Source: Betaproteobacteria bacterium (GTDB taxonomy: Bacteria; Pseudomonadota; Gammaproteobacteria; Burkholderiales; JACQAP01). From it: DNA of 37,969 nt. Numbering within the stretch: the first letter of the stretch is position 1; each line of letters begins with the position of its first letter. Position numbers and translations under genes: made by a program. Shown piece by piece: positions 9,248 through 17,573 of this stretch. Under the pieces are notes generated by a model that did not search any database, was not told the DNA's origin, and worked only from the letters and a program-made list of their open reading frames with translations. Where the stretch lies: assembly GCA_025357235.1 (NCBI GenBank), contig JANXPQ010000539.1, positions 1 through 37,969 of the forward strand. The letters run 5' to 3'.

Positions 9248-10150
9248 TCAGGGCCCGCCGCCTGCAACGGCCGATAGTTCCCGCCAGAATTCGAGCGCCG
9301 TCTGCGTGCGCCATTCCACGTGGCGGCGTAGCGCCTTGGCCACGACCGGACCAAATTTGGAATCGTGTTTGGCAGCCAGCGATTGCGGAATGCCACCGAG
9401 AATTTCCTCGCGCGTGAAGTAGGGAATTTCCTTGAGCATCAACGCCAGCAACAGCAATCCGGTCTGGTAGATGTCCACATGACGCCCGATCGCGCCGAAC
9501 TTTTCGGGCTCGAAGGCCTCCGGCGGTCGCATCCAGTCGGCGAGCAGAGTCTGGAACACCCGAATGTCGGACTCCAGCCGGGTCAGGCCGAGATCGCCCA
9601 CCTTGAAAGACCAAACCTGTTCCTTGATCATCCGGCGCTGGCGCCGCTGCTCTGTGACGAACACATTGCCAGGATGCAAATCCTTGTGCACGTATCCCGC
9701 GGCGTGGATGTAGTCGAGCGCCTGCAGGACATCGCGGGCGACGTAGGGAATCCAGCGGTCGGCATCCAGGCCCAGGCGCGTGATCAGGTGCGACAGCGTA
9801 AAACTGCAACGCTCGATGATGAGATAGAAGGTGTCCTTGAACTCGAAGGCGTCGTAGACGAACGTGATATTCGGATGACGCATGACGAGCAGCTTGCGCA
9901 ATTCATCCTGCCAGACGCGGCGCACTTCGCGGTAAGACTGCTCATGCGGAATCAGGATTTTGGCGACAAGCGGATTGCCCCAGTCATCGGTGCAGTCGTA
10001 CACCATGCCGAAGCCGCCCTGGCCGATCGCATCGCCGATGAAGTAGCGACGGTCGCCGTTGACGAGCACTTCGCCTTTCGCCGGCGGCTGGAACCGCCGC
10101 GGCTGGCGAAGGGCAATATTCCTGATCGCTTCGAGCCGGGGCGACTTCAT
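9248..10150 (-). CDS. Ser/Thr protein kinase (Hanks type), kinase domain only
   Basis: GQGGFGMVY glycine loop, VAKIL lysine, HKDLHPGNVFV catalytic loop, GDLGL in place of DFG, PPE in place of APE. Start MKSPRLE... has AGGAGAGG 8 nt upstream. Confidence 0.85.
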   Translation of the reverse strand: MKSPRLEAIRNIALRQPRRFQPPAKGEVLVNGDRRYFIGDAIGQGGFGMVYDCTDDWGNPLVAKILIPHEQSYREVRRVWQDELRKLLVMRHPNITFVYDAFEFKDTFYLIIERCSFTLSHLITRLGLDADRWIPYVARDVLQALDYIHAAGYVHKDLHPGNVFVTEQRRQRRMIKEQVWSFKVGDLGLTRLESDIRVFQTLLADWMRPPEAFEPEKFGAIGRHVDIYQTGLLLLALMLKEIPYFTREEILGGIPQSLAAKHDSKFGPVVAKALRRHVEWRTQTALEFWRELSAVAGGGP

Positions 10151-10265
10151 CGCCGTGCCTCTCCTGGTTGATTCAGTTGGAACAGGGCAATGCAGGTCGC
10201 TTCGCCGTGCCCACGGACTGGCAATCCGCATTGTACTCAGTGGTCATGGAAATTCGAGCCGGCCG

Positions 10266-10928
10266 TCAGGGCATCGTGGCGAACGTTACCCCGATCATGG
10301 AGTCGCGCGTGACCAGCGCAGCGAGTTTATCTTCCGACCATCCGTCCGTGCCTGCGGGACGCCTGGGTAACACCAGATAACGCATGTCGGCCGTGGAATC
10401 ATGCACCCGCACCACCATGTCATCCGCGATATCCGTGCCGAATTCCTTGAGCACGTCGCGCGGTTCATTGATCACGCGCGATCGGTAGTTGCGGCTTTTG
10501 TACCAATCGGGCGGCAATCCGAGCAGCCAGCGCGGATAGCAGGAACACAACGTGCAGACTATGACGTTGTGCACGTCATCCGTGTTTTCCACGACCACCA
10601 GCTTGTAGATTCCGTCATCTATGCCGAGCGCTTTGCAGGCTGCATTGCCATCGGACAGCAGCAGCTTGCGGTATGCCGGATCGGTCCATGCTTTCGCAAC
10701 AACCCGCGCACCTTGCAACGGCGTACGGTTGTCCATGTCCTCGACCGCGCGGCGCACTTCGTCCGCAGTCAGGATGCCCTTTTCGATCATAAGTCCGCGC
10801 ACGGCTATTTCCATCGCGCGCCAGTAAGTGATGGTGTCATCCTGGTCCGGACGCAGAGGCGGATGCTTGTGCGGCGCGCCGCCGGGGGAATGGGAATGAT
10901 CGTGCGGATGGTCGTGATCGTGAGGCAT
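10266..10928 (-). CDS. Nitrile hydratase family alpha-type subunit, cobalt-type metal site, His-rich N-terminus
   Basis: VCTLCSCYP at aa 124-132 (nt 10539-10556 encode CTLCSC). Thr and Tyr flanking the cysteine claw are the Co-type signature. The first 22 aa contain 8 His (MPHDHDHPHDHSHSPGGAPHKH). Confidence 0.9.
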   Translation of the reverse strand: MPHDHDHPHDHSHSPGGAPHKHPPLRPDQDDTITYWRAMEIAVRGLMIEKGILTADEVRRAVEDMDNRTPLQGARVVAKAWTDPAYRKLLLSDGNAACKALGIDDGIYKLVVVENTDDVHNVIVCTLCSCYPRWLLGLPPDWYKSRNYRSRVINEPRDVLKEFGTDIADDMVVRVHDSTADMRYLVLPRRPAGTDGWSEDKLAALVTRDSMIGVTFATMP

Positions 10929-10930
10929 GA

Positions 10931-11236
10931 TTATCGTTCCGGTTCGAGCCAGTGCTGATAGATTTCGATGTCCACGGTATCGTCGGCTCCGCTGCGATAT
11001 TCCGGCCAGACTTCACGCTGCAGGAATCTCACGCGGTACAGTGGCTGCTTCGGCAGTCCCGGCCGCGCATAAGCAAGTTCTTCCGGATTGCCGTACACGC
11101 CGCACAGCCGTTCGATGATGCCGTGCTTGCCGCGGATGTAGTAGGGCGTGCGGATGTGGCCCAGCGGATAAATCGCGCGTACGGCAACGGCATCGCCGGG
11201 AACGAACCTCGGGGCGGCACGGTCAGTGTTCGCCAT
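10931..11236 (-). CDS. Nitrile hydratase family beta subunit, C-terminal-half protein
   Basis: 101 aa. ...PRFVPGDAVAVR...HIRTPYYIRGKHGIIE...LYRVRF...EIYQHWLE resembles the SH3-like C-terminal half of NHase beta. Stops 2 nt before the alpha ATG. Confidence 0.8.
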   Translation of the reverse strand: MANTDRAAPRFVPGDAVAVRAIYPLGHIRTPYYIRGKHGIIERLCGVYGNPEELAYARPGLPKQPLYRVRFLQREVWPEYRSGADDTVDIEIYQHWLEPER

Positions 11237-11537
11237 TGGCCTGCGCTTTCGCGATGCCCGTGCCGAGTTCGTCGATGGTGATGACGCCGCGCTGGATCAA
11301 TGTCTGCGTGATCGCATAGATCCAGCGCTCGTAATAACTCATCTTGTCGTACGCTTCGGCGCCGAGCGTCTCGATGTTCCGCCGCAGTTCGTCCACCGTC
11401 AGGTGCCCCTTCTTCGACAGCAGCACCATCAGCGCGTCCACGCGTTTTTCCCACAATGCGTAATCGTGCTCGGTCGCCTCGACCTTGCCCGCGGGCAATC
11501 CGCCCATATCGTGAATGCCGCGATAGCTCATCGTCAT
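11223..11537 (-). CDS. Nitrile hydratase family beta subunit, N-terminal-half protein
   Basis: MTMSYRGIHDMGG... is the canonical NHase beta N-terminus (GIHDxGG). Ends QANGEH*, overlapping the next ORF's ATG by 14 nt. ATG choice of 11537 versus 11531 is uncertain. Confidence 0.8.
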   Translation of the reverse strand: MTMSYRGIHDMGGLPAGKVEATEHDYALWEKRVDALMVLLSKKGHLTVDELRRNIETLGAEAYDKMSYYERWIYAITQTLIQRGVITIDELGTGIAKAQANGEH

Positions 11538-11565
11538 CGGATATGCGAAACCTGATTGGGTTGAT

Positions 11566-11592
11566 GCGCCGGCCCCGGATCGGGGCCGGCGC
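11566..11592 (-). other. Perfect GC-rich stem-loop (11-bp stem GCGCCGGCCCC, 5-nt loop) between the MFP gene and the NHase genes
   Basis: Seen directly. No U-tract follows on either strand. A perfect TATAAT (minus strand, 11599-11604) lies just upstream. Confidence 0.5.
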
Positions 11593-11612
11593 AAAAGAAT
11601 TATAGGACGAGC

Positions 11613-12815
11613 TTACTTCGGTTGCTGCGGATTTGCGGCCGGGGCAGCTTTGGCAGGCGGGGCGGCGGCGGACGCGGCCTGTGGCACCGGTGCGGCGGGC
11701 GAAGCGGCCGGATTCACCTTGGCCCCGTCCGGCACCGTGTTCGGGAGGCTGAGTACGACCCGCATGCCCTCTCCGACGCCGCTGGCAATCCTCACTGCCG
11801 CCCCGTCGGTGCCCGCGATTTCGATCGGGGTCAGCTTGATGTGGTTGTCCGCTTCGAGCACCGCAACGAAATTCTTGCGGTCCCGCACCACCAGGGCGGA
11901 TGCCGGCACTTCGATGTAACTCGTCTGCGGCACCATCAGCGCAACGTTGACGAACGAGCCCGGAATGAACGTGGCGCCGCGATTGTCGAAATCGACCTCC
12001 GCCAACAGCGTGCGCGTCCTCGGATCGAGTTCTCCCGCCACGCGGCTGACCTTGGCTTTGACGCGCTGCGTGGGGTTGGCGGTATCGATGATTTCCGCCT
12101 CGATGCCGGGATGCACGAAGCGCGCATCGACTTGTTCGGCGTAGACGCTGACGCGCAATGTCGACGGATCTGCAATGGTGACGACCGGCTGCGACGAAGT
12201 CTGGTTGTTGGCTGCGTTGGTAATCAGCGCGCCCGGATCCACATAACGCCCGGTCACGACTCCGGCATAAGGCGCATACAGGCTGCGATAGCCCATCTGC
12301 GCCCGCAGGATGTCCACGCGGCCGCGCGACGTGCGCACTTCGGTATCGGCATTGTCGAGCGCCTGCTGCGAAAAGAATCCCTTTGCGGCGAGGTCGCGGG
12401 TGCGCTGCGCCTGGCGCTCGCGGTTCTCCATTTCCGACACCGTGCTTTTGTATTCGGCCTCGAGTTCGGGGGCCTGGACCTCGGCGATGAGCTGCCCCGC
12501 ATGCACGCGGTCGCCGACATCCACCGTGATCCTGGACAGGTAACCCCCTACTTTGGAGTACAGCGTGGTCGCCTTGTAGGGCCGCAACTCGCCGGTCAGG
12601 TTGATCTTGCGGGAGGCGGAACCGCGCACGGATTGTCCAACGACCACGGTGGGCCCCGCATCGAGCTGGGCTGCGCGCGTCCTGGCCTCGTCGGCGAGGT
12701 GATTCTGCTTGTTCTGCCAGAACCACCAGACTGCCGCGCTCGCCACGGCCACCAGAACGAAAGCGACTATGTAGAACACCAAAAAGGAATCGCGTCGTCG
12801 CTGCATCGCGGCCAT
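11613..12815 (-). CDS. Efflux RND transporter periplasmic adaptor (MFP) subunit
   Basis: 400 aa. N-terminal TM anchor, lipoyl/coiled-coil region (VDVGDRVHAGQLIAEV...), Ala/Pro-rich tail. Starts 12 nt after the RND permease stop; GAGGAG lies 8 nt upstream. Confidence 0.9.
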   Translation of the reverse strand: MAAMQRRRDSFLVFYIVAFVLVAVASAAVWWFWQNKQNHLADEARTRAAQLDAGPTVVVGQSVRGSASRKINLTGELRPYKATTLYSKVGGYLSRITVDVGDRVHAGQLIAEVQAPELEAEYKSTVSEMENRERQAQRTRDLAAKGFFSQQALDNADTEVRTSRGRVDILRAQMGYRSLYAPYAGVVTGRYVDPGALITNAANNQTSSQPVVTIADPSTLRVSVYAEQVDARFVHPGIEAEIIDTANPTQRVKAKVSRVAGELDPRTRTLLAEVDFDNRGATFIPGSFVNVALMVPQTSYIEVPASALVVRDRKNFVAVLEADNHIKLTPIEIAGTDGAAVRIASGVGEGMRVVLSLPNTVPDGAKVNPAASPAAPVPQAASAAAPPAKAAPAANPQQPK

Positions 12816-12827
12816 TCTCCTTGCTCC

Positions 12828-15800
12828 TCAGGCTTGGCGTCCCTGCGACTCGGCCTCGAAGCGGGCATCGAGCTCGTGCAGGATCGGCATGCTTTTTCTG
12901 ACTAACGTGTAAATCACCGGCACCACGAAAAGCGTGGCGATGGTCGCCATGGCCAGGCCGCCGATCACCGCGCGCCCGAGGGGCGCGTTTTGCTCGCCCG
13001 CCTCTCCCAGTCCCAGCGCCATCGGCACCATGCCGATGATCATGGCCAGCGCGGTCATCATCACCGGCCGCAGGCGCGTCATGCCCGCTTCGATCGCCGC
13101 TTCGACCACACCCAGCTTTTTTTCCACCCTCAGCTCGTTGGCGAAACTCACGACCAGGATCGAATTGGAAACGCCGATGCCGACCGCCATGATCGCACCC
13201 ATCAGGGACATGACGTTGATCGTCGTCCCGCTCAGCGCGAGGATCCACAGAATCCCGATCAGGGCGCCCGGCACCGCCATCATGATGATGAACGGGTCGA
13301 TCCACGATTGGAACAGCACCACCAGCAGCGCATAGACCAGCACGATAGCCAGCAGCAGGCCCCCGATCAGGCTCTCGAAGGATGAGTTCATGACCTGGTA
13401 TTGGCCGCGGATGATGACCTTCGCCGTCGGCGGAAAATCCTTCTCGGCCGTCATTGCGTCGATCTTGCGCTTGATGTCCGAGACGACGCCGCCCAGATCA
13501 CGGCCATCGACGTTGGCCGCGATGTCGAGCACGCGTTGCACGGTGTAATGCGATACCGATTGATAGCTCGTTTCCGGCTTTACCGTGGCGATATTGGACA
13601 GCCGGGTCACCGGCGCGCCAGGCGTGGCATCGAGACGCGCCGTCGCCGAGATATCGAGCACCGGGGTGGAACCGGAGGTGATCGGCGTCGCCATCAAGTC
13701 ATCCACCGAACTCATGCGCTCTATCGGCGTTTGTACCGCGACGGTGTAATTCACGCCGTTCGGATTCAAAAAATAGGAGGGATTGACGATTGCGCTGGAC
13801 GACAGCGATGTCAGCACATTGCTGGCCACGTCGCGTTGCGTGAGTCCGAGCCGGGCCGCTCGCACGCGATCGACCTCCACGCGCAATGCGGGGTAGTTCA
13901 GCACCTGCATCTGCCGCACGTCGACCGCCCCCGGCGTCTCCTCGATGATCTTGAGCACCCGCGATGCGTAGCCCTGCGCCCGGTCGAAGTTCGAATCCTG
14001 GATCTGCACGTCGATCGGGGCCGGCAACCCGAAGTTCAGTACCTGGGTGACGATGTCGGCGTTCTGGAAGTACATGGTCGAGCCCGGGAACTTCGGGGGC
14101 AGTTTCTCCCTGAGTTCGCGCATCCAGTGGGCCGACGGCTGGTGCGGATGCTTCAGCGAAATCAGAATGTCGGCGTCCATGCCGCTGATGTTGTCCGTCG
14201 GCACGAAGGCGAGGTTGAAGAAAAGCGGTACCCCGAGCATGTCGTTGATCGTCGATATTTCCCCGGCCGGAATGATCTTGCGGATCTCCTCCTGGACCTC
14301 GAGCACCAGTTTCTCGGTTTCTTCGATGCGCATGCCCATCGGCGCGCGGAAATGCAGTTTCAGAATGCCGACGTCGGCCGTCGGGAAGAAATCGGTCCCG
14401 ACCACCCGGCCAAGGAAGATGCTGACGCCGCCCATCAGCAGCAGGCACACCAGCACGAAGGGGCGGTGGTGCATGATGACTGTCAGCACACCACCGTACG
14501 TGTTTTGCAGCCATTCCAGGACGTTCTCACGTGCGCGATTCAATCGCGCTGCAATCCCCTGGCCGGTACCGTCATCGTGATGTTCGCCCGCCAGCAGTTG
14601 CCGGGAGAGCATGGGCACCAGCGTAAACGACAGGATGTATGACGCGAGCAACGAGAACACCACGGACAGCGCAAGCGGAACGAACAGGAATTTCGATACC
14701 CCGTACAGGAACGCCACGGGGATGAAAACGATGCAGATCGCCAGCGTGGCCATGGTGCGCGGCACCGCCACCTCGCGGGATCCTTGCAGGATCGCCACTG
14801 TGAGCGGTTGACCCATTGCGCGGTGCCGGTGAATGTTTTCCACCGCAACCGTCGCATCGTCGACGAGGATACCGGTGGCGAGCGACAGGCCGGCCAGCGT
14901 CATCAGATTGATGGTGTTGCCGGTGAAATACAGGCCGAGTATGCCGGCGGCCATTGCGCACGGAATCGAGGTGATCACGACGATGGTATTGCGCCAGGAA
15001 CCGAGGAACAGCAAGACCATGAGCGACACCAGCAGGGACGCGATGACCGCCTCGGAGGCTACGTTCTTGATTGCCGCGCGCACGTAGACCGACTGGTCGA
15101 AATCGAGTTTGACCTCGATGCCTTCGGGGGCAGCCTTCTGGATTTCCGGAAGTATGTCGCGGGTGGCTTCGACCACCGCCAGCGACGAGGCCTCCGAGTG
15201 CTTGAGAATGGTGAGATAAGTCGCGCGGCGGCCGTCGACGTGAACGATGTTGTTTTGCACGGCGTACCCATCCGCAACCTTTGCAACGTCACCGAGCAGC
15301 ACGGGTACGCCGTTCGATATGCGCAGCGGCATCTGGTTGAACTGGTCCACTGTCGGCGGACTCGAGTTCATCATCACGTTGTATTCGGTCGAGCCGATGC
15401 GCGCGGTGCCCGCCGGAACCAGGATGTTCGAACTCTGCAGCGCATTGACGACATCGTTTGGCGAGACGCCTTTGGCCGTCATCAGCTGCGGGTTCAAGTC
15501 CACCATGATCTGGCGCAGACGGCCGCCAAACGGCGCCGGCACGGTCAGGCCCGGGATGGTGAACAGCTTCACGCGCACGAAGTTGAACGCGTGGTCGAAA
15601 ATACGCCCCTCGGGAACCGTCTTGCTCGACAACACCATCTGTACGATCGGCACCGTCGCCGGGTCGTACTGGATGATCACGGGCGGGGTAATGCCCGGCG
15701 GCAGGATGCGCAGGACGGTGCCGTTGATGGCATTGATCTGTGCGATCGACGCGCCGATGTCGGTACCCTGGTGGAAATACACCTTCACCAGTCCGATGCC

Positions 15801-16064
15801 GGGAATGCAGTTGGATTCGATGCGGTCGATGCCGTTGACCGTCGTCGAGTAGGCGCGCTCGCTGATGATCACGACGCGGCGCTCCATTTCCTCGGCCGAG
15901 AGGCCGGGGTAGTTCCAGCCGACGAATACGACCGGGATGTCGATCTTCGGGAAGAAGTCGACCACCATGCGCGTCACCGCGAGGCCACCGAGCAGGAGCA
16001 CGAGCAGCGACAGCACGGCGACCGTGTACGGGCGGCGCAACGCCACCCGCACCAATTCCATCAT
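12828..16064 (-). CDS. Efflux RND transporter permease subunit (AcrB/CzcA superfamily)
   Basis: 1078 aa, 12-TM architecture with two large periplasmic loops. GGAG lies 8 nt upstream of the ATG. Confidence 0.95.
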   Translation of the reverse strand: MMELVRVALRRPYTVAVLSLLVLLLGGLAVTRMVVDFFPKIDIPVVFVGWNYPGLSAEEMERRVVIISERAYSTTVNGIDRIESNCIPGIGLVKVYFHQGTDIGASIAQINAINGTVLRILPPGITPPVIIQYDPATVPIVQMVLSSKTVPEGRIFDHAFNFVRVKLFTIPGLTVPAPFGGRLRQIMVDLNPQLMTAKGVSPNDVVNALQSSNILVPAGTARIGSTEYNVMMNSSPPTVDQFNQMPLRISNGVPVLLGDVAKVADGYAVQNNIVHVDGRRATYLTILKHSEASSLAVVEATRDILPEIQKAAPEGIEVKLDFDQSVYVRAAIKNVASEAVIASLLVSLMVLLFLGSWRNTIVVITSIPCAMAAGILGLYFTGNTINLMTLAGLSLATGILVDDATVAVENIHRHRAMGQPLTVAILQGSREVAVPRTMATLAICIVFIPVAFLYGVSKFLFVPLALSVVFSLLASYILSFTLVPMLSRQLLAGEHHDDGTGQGIAARLNRARENVLEWLQNTYGGVLTVIMHHRPFVLVCLLLMGGVSIFLGRVVGTDFFPTADVGILKLHFRAPMGMRIEETEKLVLEVQEEIRKIIPAGEISTINDMLGVPLFFNLAFVPTDNISGMDADILISLKHPHQPSAHWMRELREKLPPKFPGSTMYFQNADIVTQVLNFGLPAPIDVQIQDSNFDRAQGYASRVLKIIEETPGAVDVRQMQVLNYPALRVEVDRVRAARLGLTQRDVASNVLTSLSSSAIVNPSYFLNPNGVNYTVAVQTPIERMSSVDDLMATPITSGSTPVLDISATARLDATPGAPVTRLSNIATVKPETSYQSVSHYTVQRVLDIAANVDGRDLGGVVSDIKRKIDAMTAEKDFPPTAKVIIRGQYQVMNSSFESLIGGLLLAIVLVYALLVVLFQSWIDPFIIMMAVPGALIGILWILALSGTTINVMSLMGAIMAVGIGVSNSILVVSFANELRVEKKLGVVEAAIEAGMTRLRPVMMTALAMIIGMVPMALGLGEAGEQNAPLGRAVIGGLAMATIATLFVVPVIYTLVRKSMPILHELDARFEAESQGRQA

Positions 16065-16294
16065 GATTTTTCTCCGCCTGGCAGGATGTCAGCGACGTCG
16101 AATCGAAATTCGCGTCATTCTTGTCTCGTTCTCACAGCCGCGGCGGCAATGATAACGCGTAACGCCGCTTCCGTTTATTCTGGCATAGGGAAAAGCATGA
16201 TGGCCTGCGGATTCCGGATTGCAGCGGCGACGTTCCGGAATAAGTCTTATGCTCGCCGAGTATGAGTCGCCGCACGACGATGGACCTTCACCAA

Positions 16295-16324
16295 TAAAAA
16301 AGGCTGGCGCGAGCCAGCCCTTTT
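16295..16324 (-). terminator. Rho-independent terminator after the glutaredoxin gene
   Basis: GGCTGGC-TCGC-GCCAGCC followed by TTTTTTATT on the minus strand. An A/T run on the other side makes it potentially bidirectional. Confidence 0.7.
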
Positions 16325-16338
16325 CAGCCGCAATCCGG

Positions 16339-16647
16339 TTACTTTCCGAAAAGCTTCTGCAATTCACCGGATTGATACATTTCGCGCATGATGTCCGCGC
16401 CCCCGACGAATTCACCGTTTACATACAGTTGCGGAATGGTCGGCCAGTTGGAGAATTCCTTGATGCCCTGGCGGACATCCTGGTCGCTCAGCACGTCGAC
16501 CGTCGCCACGTTCTCGACGCCACAGGCCTCGAGGATCTGCACCGCCGTGGCACTGAAGCCGCACATCGGCGCATCCGGCGTTCCCTTCATGTACAGCACG
16601 ATCGGATTGCCGGTCACCTGCTGCCTGATCTTGTCCTTAGCGCTCAT
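16339..16647 (-). CDS. grxD: Monothiol glutaredoxin (Grx4 family)
   Basis: CGFS active site (PMCGFS) and WPTIPQLYV. Start at MSAKDK..., with GAGG 8 nt upstream. Confidence 0.9.
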   Translation of the reverse strand: MSAKDKIRQQVTGNPIVLYMKGTPDAPMCGFSATAVQILEACGVENVATVDVLSDQDVRQGIKEFSNWPTIPQLYVNGEFVGGADIMREMYQSGELQKLFGK

Positions 16648-16715
16648 GAGCATTACCTCTGGATTAAGTGTGGAAGCCTCCGTCGTGGAACCGCTCCCGT
16701 TGGATACTGCTGATG

Positions 16716-17573
16716 TTAACGATTCGGCGATTTCGACGTCAATAGGCGTCCGCCTGCCACGCGAGGCAATCCGGCTAAATCCGCGCAACTGATGACATCG
16801 CCAAAGCCCGCGTCAAGCAAAAGGTCTCTGCAAATACCGGCCTGGTCATGGCCATGCTCGAACAACAACCAGCCTCCGGCTCGCAGATGCGCCCGCGCCC
16901 CCGCCACTATGACGCGGATATCGGTGAGACCGTCCTTGCCCGAGGTTAGTGCCGTTGCGGGTTCGAAGCGCAGATCGCCCTGCTGCAAATGCGGATCTCC
17001 CGCAGCCACGTACGGCGGATTGGAGACGATCAGATCAAATCGATTCGCTGCCAGCGGTGCGAACCACCTGCCTTGCACAAATTCGACATCCACGCCGATT
17101 GCGACGGCGTTTCTCCGCGCAATATTCAATGCAGCGTTTGATACGTCCACCGCAGTAACGCGCGCGGTGGGCCGCTCATGGGCAATGGTGATGGCAATGC
17201 ATCCGCTGCCGGTGCCAAGATCGAGCACGTCATGCGGCGCGCCCGGCCTCAATTTTTCGAGCGCGCTATCTACCAGCGTTTCAGTGTCCGCGCGCGGGAT
17301 CAATACATCCGGCGTGACATGGAAATCGAGGCCATAAAATTCCCGCTTGCCGACCAGATAGGCAACCGGTTCGCCGGTTCGCCGGCGCCGGATGAGATCG
17401 CGGAAAATGGCAGCGGCGGACGGATCGGCCTTCTCGTCGCCATGCGCCGAAAGCCACGCGCGCGAGACGCCCAGCGCATGCCCGAGCAGTATCTGCGCCT
17501 CCCGCCTTGCCTCGACATCGTTGGCAGGATTGCGCGCGGCTTCTTCGAGCAGACTGTCGACAGTCGGGTTCAC
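16716..17573 (-). CDS. prmC: Release factor glutamine N5-methyltransferase PrmC (HemK)
   Basis: NPPY motif (VSNPPYV) and SAM-binding DLGTGSG. 4-nt overlap with prfA. Confidence 0.9.
   Translation of the reverse strand: MNPTVDSLLEEAARNPANDVEARREAQILLGHALGVSRAWLSAHGDEKADPSAAAIFRDLIRRRRTGEPVAYLVGKREFYGLDFHVTPDVLIPRADTETLVDSALEKLRPGAPHDVLDLGTGSGCIAITIAHERPTARVTAVDVSNAALNIARRNAVAIGVDVEFVQGRWFAPLAANRFDLIVSNPPYVAAGDPHLQQGDLRFEPATALTSGKDGLTDIRVIVAGARAHLRAGGWLLFEHGHDQAGICRDLLLDAGFGDVISCADLAGLPRVAGGRLLTSKSPNR

Noticed and set aside
10266-11537. Naming the enzyme thiocyanate hydrolase outright
   Set aside because: Gene order, split beta and the His-rich tail are suggestive. However, the alpha-type subunit lacks the extra insertion I recall for the Thiobacillus gamma subunit, and no COS-hydrolase or related gene is nearby. 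Substrate cannot be assigned from the sequence alone.
11029-13305. 758-aa minus-strand ORF spanning the NHase beta genes, the MFP gene and the RND 3' end
   Set aside because: It is an alternative frame of well-supported genes. Its Arg/Gly/Pro/Ala-rich composition is typical of off-frame GC-rich translation, and it crosses three real gene boundaries.
13401-16265. Plus-strand ORFs of 413 aa and 493 aa antisense to the RND permease
   Set aside because: They overlap the 1078-aa RND frame completely. They are Arg/His/Asp-rich low-complexity products with no start context.
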